Shown in pieces: positions 47,861-62,013 of a stretch of 64,000 nt of DNA (its first letter is position 1; every line of letters begins with the position of its first letter). This DNA is from the human T2T-CHM13v2.0 reference genome, Homo sapiens. Made by a program: the position numbers and the translations under genes. Below the pieces are notes generated by a model. It worked only from the letters and a program-made list of their open reading frames with translations, did no database searches and was not told where the DNA came from. The stretch is taken from the NCBI RefSeq assembly GCF_009914755.1, contig NC_060930.1. The stretch is one strand, 5' to 3'.

Positions 47861-50789
47861 TCCTCCTAGTTTTAAGAAGAACCGAAGCATTGTTTCTGCT
47901 TTAACAGAAGTCACTCATTCCTTATAATTGAAAACAACGACGGTGGGCTCTGGCACCTCTTTCGGCTCCTTGTACTGTTGGAAAAAAAGTCTGGGAAAAC
48001 GTGTACCTTGTTTTTTAAATGGGGATGATTGTGATAGCCAACAGGCATATGGTAGGTTATTTCCTTGCTTTTTCCCCCCAGTACATTGACGATTCTTTGT
48101 AGCTACTTGAACTCATTTTAAAGACATTTTGAAAGAACTATAAGTCAAGCTATAAAGTATTTGGCTTTTGCAGGAATAAAACACCCCTTTTGAGTCAAAC
48201 ACAGGTCTTTCAGGCACTAAAAACAAGTAGGAAATGAGAAAAAAATTAAAACCAGAAGACTTCAGGAAAGTGACAAATTGGAAAGCATTCTAGAAGACTC
48301 ATAGGACGACTTTCTGTGAAAGAAGCACTCTAGGAGCTTTAAAAGCTTATGGGCAATTTATATTATAAAAGGATTTTAGGCTCAAAAGTTTTGGGGGAAG
48401 GCACAGAAAAAACAGTGCCATATTCTTAAATTGGTGAGTGATTATTTTGTGTTTCTCAATGTGTCTCCTTCCTTTACTTCTCTCCCTTTCCAACTTCCTT
48501 GCTTTCTTCTTCCTTTTCCCTCTACCCTTCCCTCGCCTCTTCTCTTCCCCTTTCTTTTACCCTCCCCCAAGGTATGTAAATGCATTTGTCTTAAATTCTT
48601 CATGAACGAATTTTAGAGGATTTTTCAGGGTTACCAGTTGGAAAAAGCCTTCTACACAACTTGAAAGGCTGATGTCCCTCTCAGGAAATGAATGAGTCGA
48701 TAACCTCTGACACCAGTGACCACTCCAGTGAACCTTACCTTAATTCCACTAATACTGGAGGCCCCCAATCAGGCAAGACTGTGAATCTCATAACTATACT
48801 GTACAGTGTAGTTCAGTTATGGTATTCCACTTTTCACCCACATGTTCATAAATTTGAATTTCATCAAATTTAACAATAAACAGATTCTGAATCTACCTAC
48901 ATTATTATGCTTCTGGTTTTATAATGATTAAACTGTTTTCTAATTAAAAGCAAACTTAAATGAATATTTTACAAAGCTAAACTATACTGGCCTGTGAATT
49001 TTGTGATCATTACTTTTATGTAAGTAATAGCATTTCACCTCAATTTACATGAATACTTTCTGAGATTTTTTTCCTCTTATACCAGATGTTGATTTTTTAA
49101 AGTGATTATTAAAATATGAAAAAATATAAATTACTTTCTCGATTTCATATTATGTCACAAGCTTAGCCTGTAATGCCATCATTGAGATTACTTTCTTGTC
49201 AGTGTAATCAGTATAATAGAAGTAATTTCTACCATCAAAATAATGCCTAGTAAATGTTTTGTTAGTAAATAATTTTTTCAGAGCTTTGAGCTTTTGTTAA
49301 ACTTTCAAAGTCATTGGATTTTTGCACCTTTTCTTTTCTCCCTAACAGCTGGCACAGGATTATTCCTCCCAAAATAAATAAAATGAGAAAGTAGCCCTTT
49401 TTCCTGAGAAATAACAAAAGGAATAACAGACAAAAAAAAAAATCTTTCCAAATTGATTAGTTTTCATTAAACCTTTTATCAAAAACAGCTGAAAATAACT
49501 TCTATTTTTTATACATCCATTTTCCAATCTGAGCCAATTAAATTTATATTTAGTTGTTTAATATGGGGAGGGAGTATAAATAGGTGTATACAGCTTTTTC
49601 CATAGCTCTTCGATTCATAATCCCTACATTTTAGCTTGTGTGAAACAGTGCTGGAGTGTGGATGTGTTTGAAGAGACTGGGAGGGGGATTGCTGGCATGG
49701 TGGGGGAGGGTCAACTCGGTAGCTTTGTCGAAGGAAGTGGTATCTGAACAGTTAGTTTCTTGGTAAACTGCTTGTTTAAGAAAATGGGGGGTGGGGTAGG
49801 CAAGTCTGGTGGTGCATTTTAAGGTTTTAAAATAGCGATATTTTATATTTTAAAGGAAATAAAGTCTTTTTAGTTAATCTATAATATTTATTATAGTATT
49901 CGATAAGGGCAGAAATACTGTTGCCAGCATCTTGTAATCAATCGTTTGAACCAGTTTGAAAGGTAAAGGGGGTAGGCATTTTGAAACTGGGGGTCAGTTG
50001 AGGAAGGACAGTAGGAGCTTCATCCGTTGTTACATTTTCGTTTATTCAACTCTTCTAGCCATTGGTAGTGGACTTTTAAAATGTCAGGGTACAAGTCAAT
50101 ATGATATGAATTTACCTTTTTTCTCCCACTTGTCCTTCTTTCTCCACCCCACCCCCTGCCCGCGCCGGCTTTTTTTCTCTCCCACCTCTTTCTTTGACTC
50201 TGCTGCCGCCTATCCTGGCGGCTCCTCTTCACCTCCCCTGCCTGGCGATCCCCTCCCCCTCCTGCCCTATGTCCTCCAGCTCTTGGGGAACAATCGCCAC
50301 TGATTGAGGTTCACTCTATGTTAGGCTGGAAAACTGGGCTGTTATTTAGGAAGTCATTAATCACATCTCCTCCCCCGGAAAGAGATGGCAGAGAAACCTG
50401 TGAAGTACAATTCCTTACCAACCCCCTCTAAAATTTTCCAAAATGGTTTACCTAAACACAATTTGACTATATGAAGGTGAAAACGATTTTTCTAGTAGGA
50501 TTTTATTTTAAATTTGAAAAAATTTCGGGCATAATCAGGTAATTTATGTGCCTCTGCCTTTTCCTAGGTGTATGTTTTCATTATCTAAAGTTTCATGGGG
50601 ATGTAATTAGGTTTAATTAGATCTTTTATAAATTATATATTTTCCTCTAAGAATTGAATTAAATATGAAATTAGCGTTCCAAGCAGGTTTACTGCCATGG
50701 ACTAGCTGAATTCTTAAGGGGAAAAAAAGCGTTAACATCGGTTGTTTTATTTAAACGACCCCCTCCCATGATTTTAGTCAGGCTTGTGT

Positions 50790-51090
50790 GTAAGGCACGC
50801 GTGTGCACATATATGACTGCCTTTTTTTCTAAATCTATGATTCACAAGGTCCCTCCATTGTGTTTAAGTAGAAGCACGAAATCAGCATTCTGATTTATCC
50901 TAAAGAAGCGTTCCAAATTGTCTTTAAGATAACATGTTTGAGTTTTTCGTGTTCATTCATAAATTATTTTGATGTCAGCATAGATGAAATGGCGATTGGT
51001 TATCTCTTCCTCTTGCCAGCCCCTTAAGGATACGAGGTGAAATTAGTAGCAAGAAAGCATGTAATTGACAAAGTCACGTGTGCTCAGGGG
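50790..51090 (+). promoter_or_regulatory. LIN28B: Canonical LIN28B proximal promoter
   Basis: CACGCGTG 50796-50803, YY1-like AAATGGCG 50987, inverted CCAAT (ATTGG) 50995, E-box GTCACGTG 51073-51080 (LIN28B is an established MYC target). Confidence 0.75.
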
Positions 51091-51265
51091 GCCAGAAACT
51101 GGAGAGAGGAGAGAAAAAAATCAAAAGAAGGAAAGCACATTAGACCATGCGAGCTAAATTTGTGATCGCACAAAATCAAGATGTTAGATTGATGCAGAAG
51201 ATCACTCCGTTCCAAAGGGAAAGTTTTCATCTCACGAGTTTGGAGCTGAGGGCCCGTGGGGCAAC
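51063..51265 (+). other. LIN28B: LIN28B canonical 5'UTR (exon 1; start approximate)
   Basis: Contiguous with the start codon; recognised leader sequence; uAUGs at 51147, 51181 and 51192. Confidence 0.75.
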
Positions 51266-51275
51266 ATGGCCGAAG
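51266..51275 (+). CDS. LIN28B: LIN28B exon 1 coding part (M-A-E-G, phase 1)
   Basis: Strong Kozak GCAACATGG; donor AAG|GTTAAT; splices in frame to 52115. Confidence 0.95.
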
Positions 51276-52114
51276 GTTAATTTTCTTTTCTATTGTTTTA
51301 CTGTGAATTTCTTTCTTCTTTTCTCCTCCCCCTCCCCCTCTCCCACCCTTCTTAGACCGTCCCCCCCCTTCCCCTTTTACCCCAATACTGGGCATTACCT
51401 CCCAACCCCCCATCACGCAGTGGGGCTTTCTGCAAACCTATTGTTATAGATCTCCAAAAATGTTTTGTACCGCCCACACTGATTCACAACTTGAAAAGCT
51501 TTCAGGGGGCTATTGTTTGAATTGTGTGAGTGTGATTAAGCGCAGTTTCAGTTAGTGATTCCAAGAAAACTTTTATACACCTGCCCCCTCCCCCATTCCA
51601 CCCCAACTTTAATTGAAAGTTATGGGGGGGAGGGGAATGCACATTGCAAATAACGCTGGATTCAGTGCTGCCCCATGTGCCTTAACTAGTAGCTCTAAAC
51701 CATCTTCACGATTTCTCTTTCCTCCTCGTGCCCGCCGGAGAGAATAGTTTCGCTGAAAATTTCTCTTTGTCAATGGGATCAGTATTAAATCAGCAATATA
51801 CAAGTAAAGTATCGCATGCTGTAATGTAAAATGTGGCTGAAAAATGGAGTTAAATGAATAAGTACACGTATGTATAGAAACGTGGAAGTTGGTGTGATCG
51901 ATAGAACAGTGTGGCTTCCCCCTCCCCCGCTTTCCTTTTAACCCTTTTCATTTTAAGTATTTTCTGTGGAGAAAAGAAATCAAACCATTAAAAAAAATTT
52001 TTTTTTTCTGTTACCCTTCCCCCCCAACCCCAGGCAGGCAATTTTTTTTTTTTAATCTTTGAATGCACATTGAATGGGAATACAGACTGACTTTTTTGTC
52101 CTGTTCCTTCTCAG

Positions 52115-52302
52115 GCGGGGCTAGCAAAGGTGGTGGAGAAGAGCCCGGGAAGCTGCCGGAGCCGGCAGAGGAGGAATCCCAGGTTTTGCGCGGAACTGGC
52201 CACTGTAAGTGGTTCAATGTGCGCATGGGATTTGGATTCATCTCCATGATAAACCGAGAGGGAAGCCCCTTGGATATTCCAGTCGATGTATTTGTACACC
52301 AA
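52115..52302 (+). CDS. LIN28B: LIN28B exon 2 (188 nt), N-terminal half of the cold-shock domain; the gene continues beyond the window
   Basis: GASKGGGEEPGKLPEPAEEESQVLRGTGHCKWFNVRMGFGFISMINREGSPLDIPVDVFVHQ with RNP1/RNP2 motifs; branch CTGAC 52087-52091, acceptor TTCCTTCTCAG|, donor CAA|GTAAGC. Confidence 0.98.
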
Positions 52303-55300
52303 GTAAGCCAAACTTTTTTGTCCCCCTCTTCATCTTTTTCCATGTGGAGGAGCTGATCGGTAGTTATGCCAATAGACGTACGATAAGATGTCCTTCGGTA
52401 TATTGAAAGACAAACTCTTCCCTGAAATCACTAGGTAGTCCAACGTTTAGGGTACGTGTATGGGTCTTTTCCTGGGTTTTCTGTCTAAAGAGAAAAGAAA
52501 ATATTTGAAATTTCACTATATATATTAAGGTTGACGTTATTAGCATTTCCCCCTGCTTCATTCTACAGCGAAATAGTGTTCTTGTTGTTTCCGGTATTAC
52601 CTATACAATATACTTTGTCGCCTGTATCTGGTGAATGGGTAGAAAAATGAAGAAACATGATCATTTTAAGGTTGAAAAAACAAAGCGAAACAGTTTGCTG
52701 TGGAAAGAAATGTATAGATTGCCTTATTTTAGACACCTCTAGTCACAGTAGCTCCCTTTATTATTTCATCGCTGCCTGTCCTGTAATCATTTTGTAGATT
52801 CAGATCAAAATAATTTGACTTCATAGTAAAATAAAATAGAACACTGTTGGCCTAATGTGGTTGTAAAGAAATGCGTGCAATAGAGGGATGCTTGATAAAC
52901 ATTTTAGAAATGTGCTCCGTGTAGTCATTGGTCTACGTATACTGTCTCTTTAAGAGACTGAACTCAAAAAAACATGTGGCCAGAGGCGGCTCTTGCTTGT
53001 GTGTTTAAAATGTGCTGGTCTGCTACTTGGGGTAAATTTCCACCTTTGCTCGTATTGTGTTGTAATTTTTAAAGATGTTTTAATACCAAACAGAATTTCA
53101 TTGCTTCCCATTTTCAAAATTTTACCCAGGAAATAATGAATTAATACTTCTGCCTTTACTCCTCTCTACTGCTTAATCCCTTTATAGTAAAAAAGATACT
53201 TTTATGGAAGCCGGTTGTTTCCTCAAAAAAAGGTAAATATAAATTTTCTGTAGTTAGAAATAAAGAGGTTTACGACTAAAGAGGTTTATTTTGGCATGAT
53301 AATCTAAGTTAAAAAGAATTGAATGAAAGGCTGTTAATACTACAGATTGACTGACAGATACATGGGTGAAATATTTGGTATATTTGCTTGAAAAGTATAT
53401 ATTTGATACTGTGTTGCATGTTCCTAGTAATATTTATACCCCCTTCCCTAAGGAATATCATCTTCAAATTAAATATATAAACAATAGAAACATATGAAAC
53501 CATTCTGTTTTGATCTGTTGTCCTGTGGTGCTTGGTAGCTTCCTGACCTTGCTGTGTGGTGTGTGTTTTCCTTTCCTGAAGGCCTGGCCATCATTATTGG
53601 CTGTTTATATGTGGAAGGATCAGCATAATCTGTGAATTGAAACAGGGTTTAAGTACACAAATACAAGTCCACATACAGACTACTGGATTTTATGCTTCCT
53701 ATTTTATAGTGCAAAATGAAGCTACATTTTCTGTTTTTTCCCCTCTAAGACTGGATGACAAAAATCATAGACAAATCCATTTTCTCTCAGGCTCTTTCTT
53801 CCCCCTTTGAACCTTCTTTAGGTTGTTAAATTGTTTTTTATGATCTCATAAATTTGTTTTATAGATGAATGAAAAAAATAACCCTTCTTTGTCTGGTCAC
53901 GCCTTTTTATAATTTGATTTTCTATGTTTACCTTCTAAAATATTCATCAAATGTTAAGATATTTTATTAACCAATGTTAATGTTTAGAACAACAAGACAT
54001 TTGTGTTTATACTATTTAATGATTATATATTGATAAACATTCCTCTATTCACTGAATTAAAACATGTAGCTGCTGAAGTTTTTTAAATATATAGCTGTTT
54101 CTATACTATAAACATTGATTTTTAAATAGTTGACTTAATCTTCAGTTACATACAGTAGTATATACATACAGTTCATGTATATATTAAAAGGACAGTATTA
54201 AATGATGCCTAGTTAAAGAGGTTTCTTATATTGTAATATACATAAATTGTATATAAATTGTATGAATAATTGTTTTGAAGAAGGCAGGAATCCTACTGAT
54301 GTTAGCTAAGCAACTACAAGTAACAGATGGTTGTAAATGATACAGGTATTATGTGTGCATCACTTATGGAATAAGGTTGCAATTCAAGACGATTTCATAG
54401 AATTTTAAAAAACATTTTTATTATTATTTTAGAGGCCTTTTTAGTTTTATAAGCATTTTTGAAAACATACCAGGTTTTATGTCTATGTACTATTTTGTTG
54501 TGAAAGGATATGTATCATAGGTGATTAGGAATTTTAAATGTTCAACTGGACCTATGTCTACTCAAAATTTTTAAAATATATGACATAGTTTTTTTTGAAG
54601 TGTTTGGAAGTACATGTGTCACTGGATTTTTTTTTTGAAGTATTCTGAAACATTTTTAATAATGTATATTTGGAGAAATAAAAAACAAATTATTTGTGTC
54701 CTTAATAAATACATAAAAATTTATGCTGAGGAACCTAGGATACTTTTTCTCTTAAAAATATTGATTGCATGTAACAGCATATCAAAACATATTCAGTTGC
54801 TTCAAAATAAAGAGAATATATATATGTGTGTGTTTTAAAATTGAGCTGTGTATTTGTAGTTATGTATATTTATAGTTACATAACTCTACTTAAAATTTAT
54901 TGGCAGTAATACCATCAAACTTTCTTGTAGTTCCTGTGATGTCACCAAATCCTCAAAAAGAAACACATGCCTAGGTGCTGTACTTTGTCTCTCTTTAGTC
55001 TCTCTTTAGACATGTTGATAAATGCTGTGAGATTCTGCTATTTGAGGATGGTATGTAACCATTGATGGTTTAAAATGACAGTCTTCATTTGATTTTCTAA
55101 TGTTAACTTGTAATTTAAATAATCATATTTTTATGATGTGAAAATATATATTCTGACCCATGTTAATTGTGAAACATTGATATAGTTCAATAATGAATAT
55201 TTTATTTTTAAAAAATTAACAAAATATGTAAGTATTATATTTGTGAATTTTGTCATATCTCACTGTTGAAGTTTTTAAAAAATGTTTAATAAAATAGGAC

Positions 55301-55418
55301 AATTTTGATGATTTTATTTTTAAATATATTTAAGAATTTCTCGAGTAATACAAACACAGATTTGTTTCAAATGAAGTAAGGATATACGTGGTTAATACAA
55401 ATTTGTTACGTCTAAATT

Positions 55419-55714
<296 letters not shown>

Positions 55715-57059
55715 TTTAAGTCTAAATTTTTACTAAGGTGATTTCATAAATCAGAATATGATTATTTTGTAAGTGCAAGTAATTAATACTCTTACCAGTT
55801 TCTTATGTTTTTTAAAATCACAGTTAGATTGTAGGATAACATTTACATTACCTGGAAAATGTTACTGGCAGTTTTTTGAAATGTTAAAAGTTTTTAATAA
55901 GACTTAAATATTTGATGGTACTTTAGAGGAATAGAATGGTAATTAAATATTAGATCTCTTTTGGAGAAGGGCAACGTTAACCTAATAACTACCTGTTGAT
56001 GTTTGTTATATAGGTTTTTCTATAGATTTTGATATTTATTTCCAAAGTCATTATCTTACCTAATAAGATGAAATGATCATTTGAATTTGATTTTGTTCTG
56101 GGAAGGTGTAGAATACATTCTCCTTATTACTCTCTCCTCAGCTTATGTGCTTAATAATACTTCACATATTGGGTGTATATATACTTGGAATTCCTTGCCA
56201 TCAAATATGATACAATTGTTTACATAAATGTATTTCATTTATTTCATAATGTATGCATAATGTATGTATCTCTTTTTTTCTCAAAGAGAAAGAGTAATTT
56301 CAAAATGACTGCAATTTAGCTACCATTACTCAGTAGGCCTAAATATTTATTAATAATTTACCTTTATTCATCTTCATTTACCTTACAAGTATTGGTGTTT
56401 TCTTCTTATGGTCTTTATTTTTGAATTAGATTTTGATCTTTATGGATAATTCAAATGCCCACATTAGAAAGGCTTTATATATTTTATGTTCCTTTGCTTC
56501 AAAAATATCTCAAGGAGTAATGGAAATAGAAAAAATAAAATCATTATTGTTACTGAGTTAAAGCATTAACAGTATGAGATATGAAAACATTTAGAGATGA
56601 CTAGTGCTTAAATATATGAAAAATTTCTTACACATAGTTCAATCAATTGATCTAATATAGAGTTCTTATGTATTTAATTAATTATACAATGTAGGAAAAC
56701 AAATTTATTTCAGTATATTCATTTTTAAGGGCTTTTCGTAATATTTCATTGCTAATTAATTAACCATGTTTAGTTTTGTTATAGTTAAGCATAAAATCAT
56801 TTTTCACATGAAGAATATGTGTGATTATTGTTATTCTCTGGGCTGCTTAAAATGCCAATTAAAAAAAATTAGACATCTTGGAAACTTGAAAATGTGAACA
56901 TAAGCAGCTCATTTGTATAGTGAGTTACGTATTTTAATATTTTTAAAATGGTTTATAACCTACCAGATTTTTAAGATGAATTGCCCAGTTGACCATTTTC
57001 AGAGAATCTCAAGCTGAGTGCTTTAAGGCCGTTTAATCATAACATCACATTTAAAGGCA

Positions 57060-57361
57060 TTTTATTTTTAATTTTTTTCTTGAGACAGTATCTGGCTCTG
57101 TCGCCCAGGTTGGAGTGCAGTGGCGCGATCTCTGCTCACTGCAACTCCGCCTTCCGGGTTCACGCCATTCTCCTGCTTCAGCCTCCTGAGTAGCTGGGAC
57201 TACAGGCGCCCGCCACCACGCCCGGCTAATTTTTTGTATTTTTAGTAGAGACGGGGTTTCACTGTGTTAGCCAGGATGCTCTCGATCTCCTGACCTCATG
57301 ATCCACCCACCTCGGCCTCCCAAAGTGCTGGGATTACAGGCGTGAGCCACCGCTCCTGGCC
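57060..57361 (-). mobile_element. AluY-like in intron 2
   Basis: GGGTTCACGCCATTCTCC and GTGTTAGCCAGGATG; TSD AGGCATTT. Confidence 0.9.
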
Positions 57362-57591
57362 AGGCATTTATTATAAAACAAAATTTTATAAGATTTCTTA
57401 ATGTAGCCCTAAAGATACTTTTGATTTTCAAGTGGTGGTGCATTTCTCAGACTCTTTTTCATGTATTTAAGTCCTACAAAGACATTCTGATTCAATTTAA
57501 ATGTGAAATGTGAATTGGGTACATATTGAAGATGTAGGCCTTTCTCCTGTTTTAAAGATTATTGGTGTACTTCTTAAATATTTTTCTCCTG

Positions 57592-57812
57592 CCTTTTTAA
57601 AGAGCAGTTTTAGGTTCACAGCAAAATTAAGAGGAAAATACATAGATTTTTCCATGTACCCTTGCCCCTTCAAATGCATAGCATCCTCCATTATCAACAT
57701 CCCCTACCAAGAGTGGCACATTTGTTTCAATTAATGAATGTACATTGACACATCATAATCACACAGAGTCCATAGTTTATATTAGTGTTAGCCTTTGGTG
57801 TTGCATGTTCTC
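57592..57812 (-). mobile_element. L1MC-like 3' end fragment
   Basis: AGAGCAGTTTTAGGTTCACAGCAAAATT...CATTGACACATCATAATCAC. Confidence 0.65.
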
Positions 57813-59262
57813 GCTAATTTTCAATTCCTCTTTTATTTTAAAAGACTATTCACAACAAATGAATGCAGTAAATCAAAGAATAATTTTTTAAATAAAAATA
57901 TGAGTGTCAAACCACTTACAAGTATTCAGTGTAACCTTTTAAAGCATGTCTTTAACTTATCTTAGAGTTCTTAGGTTTCATGAGAAATTAAAAGCTTATT
58001 TGTTATCTGCGTTCACCTTGGTAGATTAAAAATTGAGTCCTTCACTGTAATTTTTGTCGCTTTCAGGCAGCAACAAAACATTATTTGGATTTGGTTTAAT
58101 TCTTCCTATTCAGAGATAGTTAGAAATATTACAGATAGTTATGTCTATTTTAACCGAGCAGCTCTTTTGGTTTGTGATTAACTTAAAAGTTGCTACTTAA
58201 AAATAAGATGCACTGTGTTGTTTTTGTTTTTTTGAGACTAAGTTACCCAGGCTGACCTGGAACTCCTAGCTAGTCTCAAGAGATACTCCCTCCTCAGCCT
58301 CCCTAATAGCTGTGACTACAGGCATGCACCACTGTGTCCAGCTTGATGTACTATATTCTTACTTCTAAACTGAGAATAACCTAAACAAAGTGAAGATACT
58401 TCTGATCAATTAAACTGGAAAGTTATCTTAAATGTTATATTCTATAGACTTGATTTGGAATGAAATATGGGATATTTTATCATTATCAAAGACTATCAGT
58501 TCTTTATACTTTGAGCTATTTCCCCTGAGTTTTGAGTAACAGGAAGTTCAGCTTATTTAATACATAGTTACAATAGATGGCATTGTACCATATACAATGC
58601 ATAAGAAATTCAACTGATTTATATTCCTCCCTAAAATAATTGATTATAGCATCTTCTAATATCATAAAAGTTGATAACAGTAATGTGTTTAAGAAAGTAC
58701 ATTGCAGGTCAGTGGGGTACATTTAAAAATGATCTTTTAATGAGTAGTTTATCAAACAAGTAATGAAAGTACCATGTTGCATTTTGATACATCAGGATAC
58801 ATCTAATCATTTATCTCAAATTGGAGGACAGTCTGATTATTGCTTCTTCTTTTCCAATATCTAAATATTTGACAATTTGGAAATATTTTCTAAATAAGAT
58901 TTACAAATAATTGATAGATTTAGTGTTATAATTTTTTCTATAATTTTCTGTTACCTGGAGTAATACCTAACTTTTAAAGTTGTTTTGAAGAGTAGAGGTA
59001 ATGTTATATAACTGCCTAGTAAGTGTCTGTTGAGAAAATAAACTAATGTAAACTGGTCTTTGCCAAAAGAATCATGGATAAGTTATTTTCAGTGGTGTAT
59101 ACTCATGGTGGATAATTAAGCTGGTCTTTTATGTGCTTTCTTTAAAATTGGCCAAAATGTGTTGTATATTAATAGTTTAATTTCCATTACAGTTGATGTT
59201 AAGGCTTTTCATTATAGTTTTGTGGCATTGAATATTGTTTTTGTTATTTAAAATAATTCTTT

Positions 59263-59702
59263 TGGCTGAGCATGGTGGCTCATGCCTGTAATCCCAGCAC
59301 TTTGGGAGGCTGAGGCTGGCAGATTGAGCCCAGGAGTTTTAGACCAGCCTGGGTAACATGGCAAAACTCCGTCCCTACCAAAAAAATTAGCTAGGCCTGA
59401 TGGCATGCACCTGTGGTCCCAAATATCAGGGAGCCTGAGGTAAAAGGATCACTTCTTGAGCCCAGGAGACAGAGGCCACAATGAGCTGAGATCACTCCAT
59501 TGCACTCCAGCCTGGACGACAGAGCAAGATGGTCTCTAAAATTATTATTTTTTTTGAGATCTGGTCTCACTCTGTTGCCTAGGCTAGAGTGCAGTGGCAG
59601 GATCATAGCTTACTGAAGCCTTGACTTCCTGGGCTCAAGTGATCCTCCTGCCTTGGCCTCCCAAAGTCCTGGGATTACAGGCATGAGCAACAGTGCCAGG
59701 CC
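59263..59702. mobile_element. Tail-to-tail inverted pair: sense AluJ 59263-59540 and antisense Alu monomer 59543-59702
   Basis: The A-tail of the first abuts the T-tract of the second. Confidence 0.85.
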
Positions 59703-60477
59703 TAGAATATTGTTTAAAGTATCAGGGTGTAAACTGCAGCTTGGAAATATTTTTGTTATGCAGATATTTTGGTTTTAATAATTGTTGTAACATAAGATTT
59801 TACCTGTGTAAGATTTTACCTGTGTACATATGCATGTGTATTCATTATAAGCTAAAGAAAAAATACTGTTTTAAATAGGCCTGTTGTGATAATTTAATAC
59901 CATTTTTTGGTTAATAATTATTTAATCTTTGTAAGATAGTATAGAATGATAAAGATTCTGGTCAAATCAGTATTCAAATCCCAGTTTATTAGATACCTGT
60001 AAGGGAAGTAAGTTACCTTGTCAGTGTCTCAATGGCCTATAAATCGGAGGACAAAAATAGTACCCACTTTGTATAGGGCTGTTAGGAGGATTACATGTTA
60101 TTACATATGTAAAGCACCTAACACAAACTTGGCAGATAGTAGGGACTCAATGTGTGTTGTACATAATTAGTATTATAAAGGAGAAGTAGTGTGGTATTGT
60201 GAGAAAAAAAACCATGGGAATGAGTGTTTGGCTTCGGCTCTGCCAGTTGGTTGGTTTATAACTTTTGGCTGGTCACTTCCAGGGAGCTTCAGTGTTCTTA
60301 TGGGTAAAATGTGATAAATAATATTTTTCATCTTTATTTTAGAGGGTTATGGTAAGGGTCAATTGAAATAATACACATGAAAATAATTTAAAAACTGTAA
60401 CAATCTCAGGTTTTAGTTTTTATCTTTTTTTCAAGAGCTATGTTTTTATTAATCATTTTAATTATAAGAGTTTTTCT

Positions 60478-61082
<605 letters not shown>

Positions 61083-61305
61083 TCACTCTGGTTTTCTTTA
61101 GTTTTTTTTTCTACCTGGAAATTAACCTTTATCCTAGTAGTGTCTGTGCTTGTTAATGAGATTAATTCATATGCATTTTACTAATCTTCAATATAATATT
61201 AATTTCATTTATCATTATGGTATTTTCTCATGTGCTGTAAACTCACCACTTACTTAAAGGGCATAATTAGGCTTATTGATGTTCATATGTCTTGTCAGAA
61301 ATTTA

Positions 61306-62013
<708 letters not shown>

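Noticed and set aside
51147-51449. 100-aa ORF as an N-terminal extension of LIN28B
   Set aside because: Out of frame with ATG 51266 (offset 119) and runs into intron 1; reinterpreted as a spliced overlapping uORF
52063-52356. 97-aa ORF as a complete protein
   Set aside because: It is LIN28B exon 2 read through both splice sites; the true coding part is 52115-52302
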